Shown here: one piece after another, positions 26,532 through 40,628 of the stretch
Numbering within the stretch: position 1 is the stretch's first letter
Layout: each line of letters begins with the position of its first letter
Assembly: GCA_951406725.2 (NCBI GenBank)
Contig: OX597816.1
Coordinates: 74,834,001-74,898,000 of the forward strand
Direction: 5' to 3'
DNA length: 64,000 nucleotides
Source of the DNA: Octopus vulgaris
Lineage: Eukaryota
Program-made: the position numbers and the translations under genes
The notes under the pieces: generated by a model
Told to the model about the DNA's origin: nothing
The model's input: only the letters and a program-made list of their open reading frames with translations
Database searches by the model: none

Positions 26532-26864
26532 CTAGGTGTTTCTGCATGTTTATCTGTGTATGTGTATGTATGTGCGCGCGCTCGCTCTTTAGTTCTATCT
26601 TAATGTTTGTGCTGTTTGACATAATCACTGACAGCTATCAATCAGAAAGCAATTTGCTTCACACGGAAGAAATAAATAGACAAAAGAAAAAAGCAAAGTA
26701 ACAGAGAATATTCCATGCCTAGAGAAAGATAAGTCTGTTGAAATATCTAAAATTCAAACTAAGACAAGTGAGAAGTCCCAGATTAAATAAAATATCTTTC
26801 TTTCAGTTTGTTTTCTTAGCTTCTTGGGAGTATATGTTAGATAGATATGTTGAGGGTAAATCTT

Positions 26865-26924
<60 letters not shown>

Positions 26925-27223
26925 ACACATGTATATTGGTATGCTTGTACGTATTTATATGTGTACGTATGTATATGTATATATGTATGTGTGTATGTAT
27001 GTAGACAGACAGACAGACAGACAGACAGAGTGTTATCAATAAGGGATTGGCAATCTTGATAAAATACTTCACAAGTTCTCTGTTAATTCAAAATACACCA
27101 GGCTAAAAATATGTTTTCAGATTAGTAAAGAACTCCAGGTAAGGTCTGGAGTTAAAGTCCATCACCAGTCAATTTTGTAAATCCGTGGTTGCATTCCTCA
27201 TTCAAACTGAGGTCTTCTTCATG

Positions 27224-27267
<44 letters not shown>

Positions 27268-27271
<4 letters not shown>

Positions 27272-27403
27272 TGTGTGGTAAGTAGCTTGCTTACCAACCA
27301 CATGGTTCCGGGTTCAACTTGGGCAAGTGTCTTCTACTATAGCCTCAGGCCGACCAAAGCCTTGTGAGTGGATTTGGTAGACGGAGTCTGAAAGAAGCCC
27401 GTC

Positions 27404-27460
<57 letters not shown>

Positions 27461-27464
27461 TGTG

Positions 27465-27510
<46 letters not shown>

Positions 27511-27722
27511 TGTGTCTGTGTGTGTGTCTGTGTTTGTCCCCTCAACATCGCTTGACAACCGATGCTGGTGTGTTTACGTCCCCGTAACTTAGCGGTTCGG
27601 CAAAAGAGACCGATAGAATAAGTACTAGGCTTACAAAGAATAAGTCCTGGGGTCGATTTGCTCGACTAAAAGGCGGTGCTCCAGCATGGCCACAGTCAAA
27701 TGACTGAAACAAGTAAAAAGAG
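27268..27722 (+). mobile_element. SINE family A
   Basis: tggctgtgtggtaag..ggttccgggttcaa head; tail tgactgaaacaagtaaaa. Confidence 0.88.
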
Positions 27723-27744
27723 TAGAAGAGTATATATATATATA

Positions 27745-28057
27745 TATGCACACCAGAGTAAGCACAAACAATCGAAACAAGGTGTACCCTTAACGTAGTT
27801 CTCGGGGAGATTCAGCGTGACACAATGAGCGACAAGGCTAGCCCCTTTGAAATACAGGTACAACAGAAAACGGGAAGAAAGTGTGAGAGAAAGTTGTGGT
27901 GAAAGAGTACAGCAGGGTTCGCCACCACACCCTGCCGGAGCATCGTGGAGCTTTAGGTGTTTTCGCTCAACAAACACTCACAACGTCCGGTCTGGGAATC
28001 AAAACCGCGATCCTACGACCGGAAGTCCGCTACCCTAACCAGTGGGCCATTGCGCCT

Positions 28058-28060
<3 letters not shown>
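27745..28060 (-). mobile_element. tRNA-derived SINE family C
   Basis: Minus head ggaggcgcaatggcccactggttaggg..ggttttgattccc; homologous to 30808, 53450 and 56987. Confidence 0.8.
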
Positions 28061-28102
<42 letters not shown>

Positions 28103-28249
28103 CACACACATACACACCTATGAGGAATGTGCAAAACACAAGATAAAACACCAGGGAGACAAGTAAATTTTTGTGTATGTGTGTATTGAGTTCATACTTA
28201 CTTTTCAAGTTTAATTTTTTTTAATTTCGTTTTTGGCTTCTTTGTGTCC

Positions 28250-28560
28250 AGTTTGCTTCCCAACCACATTCGTTCTGGGTTCAGTCCCACTGCGTAGCAC
28301 CTTCAACAGGTGTCTTTTAGTATAACCTCGACCGCTGACCAAAGCTTTGTCAGTGGCTTTGGTAAACGGAAACTGAAATAACCCGTCATATATATGTGTA
28401 TGTGTGTGTGTGTCGGCGTTTGCCCCACCGCTTGACAACCGGTGTCGGTGTGTTTACGTCCCCGTAAATTACCAGTTCGGCAAAAGAGACTGATAGAATA
28501 AGTACCAGGCTTAAAAGGAACAAATACTGGGGTAGATTCGTTCGACTAAAATTCTTCAAG
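28250..28560 (+). mobile_element. SINE family A (older copy)
   Basis: Homology. Confidence 0.75.
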
Positions 28561-29469
28561 ACAGAAAATGCTAGTACTGCAGATGCATCAGTGTTCGTTT
28601 AGGTAAATTACATGTTAGTTTCATATTCTGGCACAAGGCCATTAATTTGGGAGGCGGAAATAGGTCGATTACATCGGCCCCCAATACTCAACTGGTACTT
28701 ATTTTATCGACTCCGAAAGAGTGAAAGGCAAGTTGACCTTGGTGGGAAGTTGAACTCAGAACTTAAAAACGGCTTGTTAACGATTCAAGCTCATACTGAC
28801 AAGCTCATACTAAAGGGATCGTCCGTTGGTCTCGACGATAAGCAAATCGATTGTTCGATCGACTGAACTGAATATCATCCTTAAATTGGAGTGGAATTAA
28901 CAGTGTGTTCCACAGACACTAATTCCCTTGACGTACCGTACTTGATGGTATAAAAGACGCATGGATATATTAGGGTCATCCCAATTTCAGCAGGACACAT
29001 TCAGGAAAAGAATGTTTTAGTTCATGGTGCTTATGGTGGTGAGGTAGCAGAATCAGTAGCATGCTAGACGAAAATGTTTAGTGGTATTTCGTCCGTACTG
29101 ACGTTGTGAGTTCAAATTCCGCCGAGGACGACTTTGCTTTTTATCCTTCCAAGGTCGATAAAAAAAAGTACCAGTCGAGCCCCGGGGTCTATGTAATCGA
29201 CTTAACTTCTCCTTGGTATGAGTATAAAAATTGCACCCTTCTTCCAAGCCATGTCGAGCCAGAATGGCAGAGTAGGCTCATCAAACTAGCTCAAGCTCAA
29301 ATTCACGACCTCCATATCAGACCGTGGTTGGTGGAGAGAACAAGCTAAAGCCCTCGTCCTGCAGTGAACTAATTACTGGGCACTTATTGCAGCAGTCCTT
29401 CAGTTTTTCTACGCCCTGTAAAAGAACTCGGAAAGTTGGGCCTCCAACCAAGCCTTTCGCGATACGCTT

Positions 29470-29991
29470 AAAGCCAGGAATTTTTCAGCACCCCTTCGTT
29501 TATGTGTGCATGTAAGTATGATTAACAAAGCAACATTTGCGAATCTCGAAGCAAATAAAACTATAAATAACTGTGTAAATATTGGAGTAAAAACCGTTTG
29601 GATAGAAAAAGCCTAATGACTTCAATGAGGTAAGCAATATTTTTTTTACGTTTTTAAAACAATTTTAACTTTAGCAGTTTTGTTTTAAATTCCCAGACGG
29701 ATTGCTCCACTAAATTTTAATTTTCTGCGTAAAGTGTACGAATGGTTTAAAAAAAAAAATTTTAACTTGCAGTGCAACAAAACGTTTTACGATACCATCA
29801 AAACCAGGAACTTTTCAGCAACCCCTTGTTTACGTATGCGTTTAAGTATGCTTATGCTTAACAAAGCAAGATTAGCAATTCTCCTTAAGGAACAGTGAAA
29901 CTCGAAGCAAATAAAGCTATAAAAAGCAGTGTGTAACAATTGAGTCAAAAACCGTTTCGATCGAAAAAGCCTAATGACGTCATCAAGTAAG

Positions 29992-30039
<48 letters not shown>

Positions 30040-30157
30040 TTAAACAATTTTAACTTTAAAACAGTTTTACTTTAAATTCCCAGACGGATTACCCCACTAA
30101 ATGTTAAGTTTCCTTGTAAAGTGTGTGAGGGTTTTTACTTTTAATCCGCAGTGCACC
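29470..30157. repeat. Diverged tandem duplication, ~330-bp unit x2
   Basis: Blocks ccaggaa..ttcagca, ctcgaagcaaataaa, aaaagcctaatgac and aaattcccagacggatt each occur twice. Confidence 0.85.
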
Positions 30158-30757
30158 ACGAAGTGAAATAGATGGAGAACCACAGATGTAAAGTGTCCTT
30201 TTTAAAACGGTGGGATGTAATTTGAGGAAGAAACGATTTTTATTTCTAGAAGGTCGAAGTACCGCGCAGGGTTTCTCTCGTGAGCTCGTACAACTATGAA
30301 GAGATACTGTCGTTACCAATTATGAGAATTATGAATGTTTAGTGACTAGACAGGCCAGAAACAGGATACGAACCAACCAACAACCTCGGCGACTCGTTAC
30401 TTAGTACCGTTTCGACTCAAGTATCTGAAGCTCTGTAGTTCTAAAATGACAACGCCACATTTGTCTTGACGAATGTCTGTGTATATAACGACAGACGCCA
30501 TAGTCAAATTAACAAAATGCCCGCGTCGAAACAAACGTTGTTACAAAACATTAACTCCATTTTCCCATTTAAGATATACATTCCAAAATTCCTGCTTTGT
30601 TTTCTTCTATTCTATGCCAAGAATACATATATATATGTATGTATTTACAAATATATATATACATACATACATAAATACACGTGTGTATACATATGAATAT
30701 GTATGTATATATATGTGCATACATACATATATGCATATATACATACATACATATACA

Positions 30758-30807
<50 letters not shown>

Positions 30808-30808
<1 letters not shown>

Positions 30809-31063
30809 GTGACTGACCAGGCTATTAGATGCTGCTACACATCGCTGGTCACAATGCGCTTCGCATTGTTCTAGCCTTCAAGCGAGCAGGCCAGCAGAAG
30901 AAAGAGTGAGAGAAAGTTGTGGCGAAGGAGTACAGCAGGGATCGCCACCGTCCCCTGCCTCGTGGAGCTTTAGGTGTTTTCGCTCAATAAACACTCACAA
31001 CGCTTGGTCTGGTAATCGAAACCGCGAGTCCGCTGCCCTAACCACTGGGCCATTGCGCCTCCA
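30808..31063 (-). mobile_element. SINE family C
   Basis: Homology to 27745-28060. Confidence 0.8.
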
Positions 31064-31106
31064 CATGTATATATATATAAATGCATACATATATATATAT
31101 ATATTT

Positions 31107-31145
<39 letters not shown>

Positions 31146-31194
31146 CATATATATATATATATACATATTTATACATATATTTTTACATATATAT

Positions 31195-31392
31195 AAATGT
31201 GACCTCATGTGTACCGTTGGCGATTTTTTCCCTCTGTCTTCCCTTCTCTGGATCTTTCCTTCTCCTATGTTTCCGTCGAAGAGCTCCGCTAGAAACGTTA
31301 AACCCTCCTTCTTTCCTGAGCGTCCAATAATACTATATTGGTTCCACGTCCTCGCGTTGTTGTGTTTTTTTGTGCTTTCTTGTTTGGATTAA
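31195..31392 (+). mobile_element. (TA)n-embedded pLTR-like repeat with a decayed minimal hammerhead (31268-31303)
   Basis: Homologous to 54079-54262; tgttt ccgtcga a GAGC tcc GCTa GAAACGTT aaac. Confidence 0.7.
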
Positions 31393-31393
31393 C

Positions 31394-31439
<46 letters not shown>

Positions 31440-31898
31440 TGTATATCAGGTTTTCTATGTAAGGGAATGAAAAAGATGAAGTTCGTTCGGTTCTGAAAGG
31501 GTATTGGAATCTTTATTTGAAGACAAACTTCGTATCATTAGAGAGAGAGAATGCCTGTATTTGCACTGCACTTCAGTACATGAGAGCCATCATAGTTCGT
31601 GTATTTATAACAACTATTCTGTATTTGTAACATTGGTAATTACCTCTTTTTCAGATAAATACAGTTTTTTTCGCTTTTCTGTTTTCTTTTTTTTTCTTTT
31701 TTTTTTTTTTGCATTTCTATATTCTTTTGAAACTCGCAGAAAATAACTCAAAAGAATTCAGAATGTAATGTTGTTTTGTTTTCTTCCTGTTGTTAACGTG
31801 TAAAATTGCAAGAAGGCGTGACGTATTATACAGCAAGTGATGGAGGGGAGAAGTGTAGGAGAACAGAGGAAACACCAATGAGTAACCGTGAACTCATA

Positions 31899-31972
<74 letters not shown>

Positions 31973-32356
31973 TAATGAAATCGTTGTATGAGAAAATATC
32001 TCAAAATAAAAAATGTCGCAAATCTATGAGATAACAGACATTATATGAAGGATGTCTTCTTGCCTTCAGCTTTTTGGTTATTCTGTTACTGATGCTAGTT
32101 CTAACAGCTGGGAGAACAACGAAGCAACATATTAAAGTACTTGAAATTTCTACAAAACATTTTTCTCTGTCTCTCTACCAAAAATTGCATTATAATGATA
32201 GGCTTTCGGTGTTTCTCTATTTTTGATGTAATATGTATGAAATATCTATATTGATTATAACTTGCATTTCCTTACACTAGAAGAAGGGCCTCGGATTACT
32301 GTGAGGTAAATTGTTTCGTCTAACGTCAGTTTCTCCTTGCTCTTTATCTCCCTCGC

Positions 32357-32440
<84 letters not shown>

Positions 32441-32984
32441 GGTTATAGGAACATAAGCTGCTGTTGTTATTTAGCTCCAGGTCAGACCTGATCCAACAGA
32501 CCTATGATCAAAGAGGTTCCAATCTTGACCATCCAGTACTTCTCTGGAGACTTGTATATCTAGGACTACATTAGGCAATGTCTTCTATCTCTCTTTCCAA
32601 AACGATTGGATATAATTTGCAGAAAATATAACACTTATTTCTAGCAAGTCGATTGGCCGTATAGAGGTTCCTTCGTTTGATCATTACCAACGTAAGTAAA
32701 CTGAACTGATTGCCGTCTGCAATTGAAACTGGATCCCAGAGTTAGTGGCTAAATACGTCTCTATGTTGATAAGCGTACTTTTATCTTGCATTCTAACGCG
32801 ATAAATAAATTGCCTGGCATTTTACGATCAATATGTTATTTACAGCCAAATTAACTGAGGCATTCAGAAGGTACGTCTTCTCCAAAACGAACGAGAGTTC
32901 TACCGCACATTTGAGTACCCGATCTATAAACAGTTAACGAAAAAAAAAGAATCACTTCTATATTTATGAAATGAGGAATGTATA

Positions 32985-33261
32985 TATTATGTATTAGTCT
33001 TCGTCTTGATTATTGCTTTCACTACGTTTCAGCTGTTTACGCTCCAGCGTTCTTTAGGTGTCATGTGAGTCACCTTTGTGCCTTGCTTGGGATTGAACTC
33101 GGAATTTATAGGTGGCTGCGCTGCATTTCAGTGCCTTTATCTAGTAGGCCAATTCACTCTGATACTGACTATGGGCATGGCTACTGGATACACGCGCTGA
33201 AATGAAGAAATCTGGAGTGTACACAGCCGAAACGTGGACAACACGTCGATAATACATAATA
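32985..33261. mobile_element. Inverted pair of decayed minimal-hammerhead (pLTR-like) motifs
   Basis: tacgtttcagctgtttacgctccagcgttcttt (33023) mirrors tgaagaaatctggagtgtacacagccgaaacgt (33203); outer arms tattatgtatt / aatacataata. Confidence 0.6.
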
Positions 33262-34559
33262 GAAAAAATTCCATTTGATTTCATGGCCCGTTATAACCGG
33301 TGCCAAATCTTCTTTAAATGATACCCTACCGTCTTAAAATGGATAAACATAACCGGATTAAGGATATATACTTGTGTTCAAAGTGATTTAGACTGTTTGT
33401 TGAAACTAATGCATGGAAGACTCATATTAGCCGTTCAAAAATGCACAAAAACTATTAACCTCACTTAAATATTTATTTGATGACTAGGCTGCGGTTAATG
33501 CAACGAAAATTTTGACACCAAATAATAAATGTTTGATTACAGTTAACACATTTTATATGTTTTTGAATGGCTAGAGTGTCTTCTATGCTGTAATTGCATA
33601 AGTGGATTAAGTAATCCAGAAAATAATATACCATAAAAACATACCAGTCGGTTACGGTTTGAATTTCACTCGAATGATGTAAATTTGTCGCTCAGAATCA
33701 TTTTGCAATGTGGTAAAAGGAAAGATAGGCTTTTGGGTGGTTGCGCCTCATCACTCGGTTAAACACTACTATGCATAAAAGATTAGGTCAAGCTTATATC
33801 TGGTAAACTTAGAGCATTAAAATATAGCATCTGTGTAAGCAATCCCCGGACAGGGTGGTGCACTGTGTTCTTGGGCAAAACACTTGATCACACATTACTC
33901 TCTGCGATCACTTAGACATATGGTGTGTTGTACACCGGGCAACTGAACAGATAAAGAAGTGAGCTAAAGGATAGCACAAACATTTGTCGCTATCAACAAA
34001 ACATCTATGCAAGTTGTTCAGCAAGATATTGCTGGACAGTCACTTTCGGACTCGAGAGACCACCATTTATTTATTTGTTTGTTTATTAGTATAGCAATTT
34101 AAATGGGTAATTTTCTCCAAACACTACAATGATTCCTCTCCGCGCTCTTAATAGCATTTTGAAGGGGACAACAAAACATGTTTTGCAAAATTGCACAAAA
34201 TGTTTCTTTGAAGAAAAACGAAATTTCGAAAACCTCCAGATTTTCAATTTTTATCTTTATCTTTTAATCTTTAACGGCCAGTATTTCAGGTGACTCTGAA
34301 AATATTAAAATTGTACGGATAAAAACTGGATGGTAGAACTGTTTTGAATTGTTCCTTCAAATAAAAAGTTCGAAAAAAAAAGATATTTAAAACATCAAGC
34401 ATCTTAGTTTTAGATTTTTTAAAAAATTGAAGTGTAATCAAAATTGTGCATAAATAGATTAAATTAAAACTGAGATAACTAGATTAATTCGTTTGATTTG
34501 TTTTGTCTTTGTGTGTGTGAGTGTGTATAAGATGTATTTTCAAAGAACAAGAAATCCCA

Positions 34560-35700
34560 AAAATCTAATTATAATAACGAAGCAAACACAACATATGAAA
34601 TCCACAAGCTGTTGAAGAATTTTCCCTCTTCTTCAGCTTACTACAAACGGAATAGGTCTACACCTCCAGATAAACTGGTTCTAGTACAAGGAAGAACTTA
34701 TCTGGCAGACCTAGAACTACTAGAAGAACAGACGAGAGGGGACTAAACATTTTAGTTCTTCAAAAAAAAAAAAAAAGAATGATAAGCTTGCAGCAGCTAT
34801 CGAGAGTATTTAGACACTACATTTCTGGGCCAAGTATGGTACCTGTGATTCAAAGAGGTTTCAGAGAAAGCCTTCTGGACTGATGAAGCAATATTTGGGC
34901 TTTGTAATGTAGCTCCTGGACGTTATTTTCGCAATGTTGCTGGGGGATTTCACCCGGAGTGTATTTCAACAGCTATGAGATAAAGAGAAGCTATTTTTAT
35001 CTGAAAGGTGTTGGTGATAGAATAAGTGTGCTCAGTCGATTCCTGCTTGGAATACCTAAAACTAAGGCGGTGAGCTGACAGTATTGTTAGCACGTCGGAC
35101 AAAATGCATAGCGGTATTTCTTCTGGATCTTTATGTTCCGAGTTAAAATCATGCTGAGGATCACCTTTCATCTAACCGAGGTCGATAAAATAAAGTACTA
35201 GTCAAGTACTAAGGTCGATATAATCGACTTGTCTCCTCCCTTCAAATTTACTGGCCTTGAACCAAACAACAGATTGGCATCCCGATCGGGGAAATGTGAT
35301 CTTATACGACATGGAAACCAAATAACCAGCCTTATGAGTCCGAAGATTCAATAACAAAAAAAGCACCTGTTCTAGAAAGCATTACTTCCTAGCCTTCAAA
35401 AATTATTTTCTGAAGACAAAAAAAAACTAAGACATTTTGTATATATTGCAAAAGAAACAAAATTATTTGAGATAAACTCCCTGAAAATTATAGTCTGGTC
35501 AAGTCAGAACCCAGATTTAAGCCTCATTGGGAATATTTGGAGATACATATTTAGACATACGAATGATGGAAGAGAAGTTTTTCAAATTCTATTAGACTTT
35601 GGAAAACATCGTTGATATTTCTTGGTGCGAAAAACTGATAGTTTACCCAAAGAGCTGGGTAACTTACAGAAAGCTAAGGAACGTTCTATTCGGTATATTT
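34560..35700 (+). pseudogene. Highly decayed Tc1-family transposase remnant, interrupted by a SINE B copy (35065-35262)
   Basis: FWTDEAIFG (~34872) and WSSQNPDLSLIGNIW (~35496) correspond to Tc1 LWTDE and WPSQSPDLNPIENLW. Confidence 0.6.
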
Positions 35701-36114
35701 TTCTATACGGTATTTTTTGCATGTTTTATGTTTTTGTATATGATAAAAAATGTTTACCTAATAATATAGTGGTTACTAAGGCGGCGAGCTGGTAGAGTGC
35801 TCATTACGAGCGAAATGAGTTCAAATGCCCACGTCGGAATCGAGAAAATAAGTACCAATTGAACACAGGGTCGATTTAATCGACTTACCCACTTCCCCAA
35901 AATTGCTGGCCCTGTGCCAAAAATATGAAACTAATATTATAATTAGTCTGGTAAACAATATGTGGGGAAATCGACCCCAATGCAACATACAAAAATGGCT
36001 TCGGGGACTCAGAACGCAAAGTACCGGAACAAACACCATAATGGATTTTTTGCGACGTTTTGATAATTCTGTCAGCTTTCTGTCTTATTTTTAATATATA
36101 ATTCTTTCTAAAAC

Positions 36115-36330
36115 AACGAAATTGGCCGAATCGTTGGCACGCCGGTCAAAAATGCTTAGCAGCATTTCGTCCCGTCTTTATGCTCTGAGTTCAAATTCCG
36201 CCGAGTTCGACTTCACCTTTCGTCTTTCTGAGGTCGTTAAAATAAGTACCAGTGAACACTGGGATCGATGTAATCGACTTACTCCCTCCGTCTAAAACTG
36301 CTGGCCTTAAGCCAAAGTTTGAAATCAATA
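36115..36330 (+). mobile_element. SINE family B
   Basis: Homology. Confidence 0.8.
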
Positions 36331-36332
36331 TA

Positions 36333-36898
36333 TTGGGTTGTCCGGAAAGTTCGTGCCGATTTTTAAAGGAAAGAAAAAGGTCAATAAATACTTGCCATTA
36401 CATTTTTGATCAACCAAATATGAACCATTTTGTTGCACAATGTGTCTTCATCTTTCCTTTAACTTGAAAATTGCCTCTTCCCAGAATTGAGGTGGTTTCA
36501 TGGCAAAGAATTCATCAAGGTATCTTTTTACGTCATCCAAGGAATTGAAATTTTTACCATTAGGACTATTCTGCAAAGACCTGAATAAGTGGAAATCCGA
36601 AGGAGCAATATCTGGTGAATATGGAGGGTGGGGTAACACATCCCAGCCGAGCTGCAGCAATTTTTGTCTAGTTCTCAAAGCATCAAGTGCCGAAAATGAA
36701 TTTTCTTATCTTCCATTTTAAAGGGTTACAGAATTAACACAGGTTATAGGAACATAAACCTTCTTCCACGAAAAGATAGCTGAAACTGTGCTCTAAATGG
36801 AGGTGTAGTCAAATCCTATTTTATGGACTCAACCATGTTCTAAAATAAGTCGAAAGGTAAGCTACTATAAATCGGCACGAACTTTCCGGACAACCCAA
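36333..36898 (-). mobile_element. Mariner element, internally deleted; retains transposase C-terminus
   Basis: Near-perfect TIRs with TA flanks; GWDVLPHPPYSPDIAPSDFHLFRSL matches the mariner YSPDLAPSD motif. Confidence 0.95.
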
Positions 36899-37274
36899 TA
36901 TAACTCTTTCTAACTTTGGCACAAGACCAGCAATTTTGAAGAGAGAGAGGAAAGGTTAACTGCATCGACTGCAATGCTCAACATGTACTTATTTTATCGA
37001 TCCCGAATGAATGAAAGGCAAATTCGACCTTAGCAGCATTTGAACTCAGAGCGTTAAGAGCCGAAAGAAATGCATCTTGTCCGGCATAGTAACGATTCTG
37101 TCAGGTCGCAGCATTATTTTTAAAATATACTCCTATAGGCACAAGGTCAGAAATTTAATGGGAGAAACTTGTCGATTACATTGACCCCATTGTTTCAACT
37201 GGTACTTATTTATCGAAAAGGATGAAGGGCAAAGTCGACCTCGGCGGGGTTTAAGCATTTTGTCTGGCATCCTC

Positions 37275-37516
37275 TTTTACTCTTTTAATTGTTTCAGATA
37301 TTTGACTGCGGCCATGCTGGAGTACCGCCTCTAGTCGAGCAAATCGCCCCCAGGACTTATTCTTTGTAAGCCTAGTATTTATTCTATCGGTCTCTTTGCC
37401 GAACCGCTAAGTTACGGGGACGTAAAACACACCAACATCGGTTGTCAAGCGATGTTGTGGGGACAAACACAGACACACAAACATACACACACACACATAC
37501 ACACACACACACACAC

Positions 37517-37561
<45 letters not shown>

Positions 37562-37724
37562 TGACGGGTTTCTTTCAGTTTCCGTCTACCAAATCCACTC
37601 GCAAGGCTTTGGTCGGCCCGAGGCTATAGTAGAAGACACTTGCCCAAGGTGCCACACAGTGGGACTGAACCCGGAACCATATGGTTGGTAAGCAAGCTAC
37701 TTACCACACAACCACTCCTACGCC
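37275..37724 (-). mobile_element. SINE family A inserted into a SINE family B cluster (36905-37752)
   Basis: Family B sequence resumes at 37726 (agtaacgattctgtcagctcgccgcc). Confidence 0.85.
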
Positions 37725-38501
37725 TAGTAACGATTCTGTCAGCTCGCCGCCTTATTTTTAATATATAATAAAAGAGTTATGACAAAACTTGTTAAAAAAT
37801 GTATCTGGTTGTTTTATTTGGGTTTTTTTGTTTGTTTGTTTGTTTGTTTGTTTGTTTGTTTTTGCCTAGGAGTATACAACTATAACAATCGATTTAACTT
37901 CTACAGCTACAAACATGTAGAATTTACTCTCTTCGTTCTCATTCTGTTATTATGCTACAAACAAACAAACAAAATACGTGTTTTCGGAGCGTTATTAATT
38001 CTGTTTGTTTTAGCATTACTATAGCGCTATACAATAGTACTAAAGTAGTTTGAATAATCAAAATGACATGTTTATTTTGTAAAGAAGTATTATCCAAAAA
38101 TATACACACCGATACTAACATTTGTTTGGTTGCTTGCTTGCCTTTTTTTTTCTATATCTATTTTGTCTGCTTTTTTTTTTTTCGCTTTCTTTTGTTTTTG
38201 TTTTTATTTTATATATTTTGCTTGAGTCAGAAAACCAGTTATTTCTGTATCAGCCACTAGAAATACTAACAGTAATTGCTGCTCCATAAGCTGCTACGTT
38301 TCTCTTGTTGCTCTCCAGATTATATTCACACTGTCGTCAAGTATCAAGTCTCTGAAACAATGGTAAACGATTAAAATAGAAGCTGTTTTAAAATGACATT
38401 TTGCTCTTTTATTTCTTTTACTTGCGATCATGCTGGAGCACCAACTTGAAGGCATGATTCGAACAAATTAACCTAGTACTTTTTTTAAAGTTTGATACTT
38501 A

Positions 38502-38726
38502 TGTAGAGAATTTAGAAGACTGTCACGGGATCTTATCAGAAGGTTGCTATCGGTTGGATCGCATATTGGCGCGTAATACAGCAAGAGACAAACTGCAATA
38601 CTAACCAATCAGAGTAGTGGACACAATATGGCCCAAGCTGCCGAAAGTTAGCTGTTATCTGCTACGTCCGTATTTATGTTATATATGTCACAGAGAGAGG
38701 ATGAATTTCATTAAGGGTACGCTACA
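38502..38726. mobile_element. Solo LTR (Gypsy-like, 4-bp TSD) inside an old SINE A (38410-38960)
   Basis: ctta|TGTAG...CTACA|ctta; internal ccaatcag and TATA-like motifs. Confidence 0.75.
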
Positions 38727-38805
38727 CTTATTTTGTCAGTCTTGTTTCCGAACCGCTCAGTTACAGAGACGTAAATAAACCAACACCGATTATCTAGCTA
38801 TGGAA

Positions 38806-38839
<34 letters not shown>

Positions 38840-38846
38840 TATAAAG

Positions 38847-38877
<31 letters not shown>

Positions 38878-39196
38878 CATGCATACACGATAGGTTTCCA
38901 CTCAGTTTCCGTCCACTAAATTCACTAACAAGGCTCGGGAGCTATACCACACAGCCATGGCTTGACCTTGGAGAATTATACATTTCCAAATTTTGTTTAT
39001 ATCCTCCGTATGCTGTATGAAATTCAATGAAGCTAACTCTGGATTTACTTATTGAATGAAGTACCTTGAAACTGTTTATCTTAAACAATTCTGTATGTTC
39101 CCTATCAGCCGATGTCGTTAGCTAGATCTGGATTATATTAGAGCGCTAATAAGGTACTTACTCAAATTCCAAATCCCTATCCGTTTATGTTGTGTG

Positions 39197-39254
<58 letters not shown>

Positions 39255-39516
39255 TGTGTCTGTGTCTGTGTGTGTGTGTTAAAACCGATCCAGTGGCCTG
39301 TTGCTCAGGAGTTTCTATGGCACGGAACCGCTTCAACACACAAGTTTAAACTGAGGTTAGTTTGAACTTGCCTGAAGAAGCAACTACACGTCACGAACAC
39401 TCTGAGCTACAAGACTGGCCTTCTAAACTAATGTACTCTACGTATGTACTGAATACTTCTCCGTGTCGTTCCTTAACAACAGTATGTATATATGTGTGTT
39501 TGTGTGTGTGAGTGAG

Positions 39517-39567
<51 letters not shown>

Positions 39568-40569
39568 ACGCACGCGCACTCACACACACATATTAAAACA
39601 AGGAAAGGATAGAGAAGGAGGGCAAAGAAAAGAAGGTGCGTGAATCGGGTATGCTTTGGTAGAGGTAATGGTACACAGCTTGCTTGTAGCAGTAGCAATG
39701 GAAGAAGGGACGAATTAATGATTGTAATGTGTTGAAATGTGAAATATTGCCATGAGGTGTATTGGATTTCATATGATTTTCGATTTGTACATATCAGCCG
39801 TTCTTTCCGTGCCAGAAGAACGGGAATGGGAACACTTTTATTCTTCTTAAATATAGAGTGTAACAATTTGAGAAAAACTAACTAGAACGTTTAAGATAAC
39901 TTGTAAATAGAGAAATATGTGCCAAGATATTTTTAAAACAGAGAAATATGAAGAAAAAAAACACAGGCGTTGCCGTTGTTTGGTAAGTGACTCGATGTAA
40001 GATTGTGTTGAAACTGAAGGAATTAATTCGTAGAACTAATTTAATTATCTAAAAACACAAAAAATTGTTACGGTCACTTCTCATTTTTATTTTATGAGTT
40101 GACAAAATTTGGTTGCACCTCTGCGATCTGTGTAACCAGTAATCAGGTTCGCACCTCTGCAACCTGATCACTGACGAAAAAAAAAAAAGAAAAGCACCAA
40201 GTAATTAAAGCTCAACCAGTGAAATTCTATTATGTGTTAGATGTGGCACAAGGCCAGCAATTTCGGGGAAGGGAGTAAGTTGATTACATTGATCCCAGTG
40301 TTCAGCTGCTACTTATTCTATCCACTTTGAAAGGATGAAAGGCAAAGTTGATCTCAGTGGAATTTGAAATTAGAACGCAAATACAGACGAAAGACTGCTA
40401 AACCGTTAAGGTTCATGTATAATGCGTTACCATATATAAAAGTCATCTTGATTTTAGGGTCTAAATTGTGTTAAAAATATAAAACTTGCAAAGCATGTTG
40501 AATAAGACAACTGCCAAAAAAACTGGTAATTCTGATAAAATCCAATATTTCGTTTTATATAAAATATAT

Positions 40570-40628
<59 letters not shown>

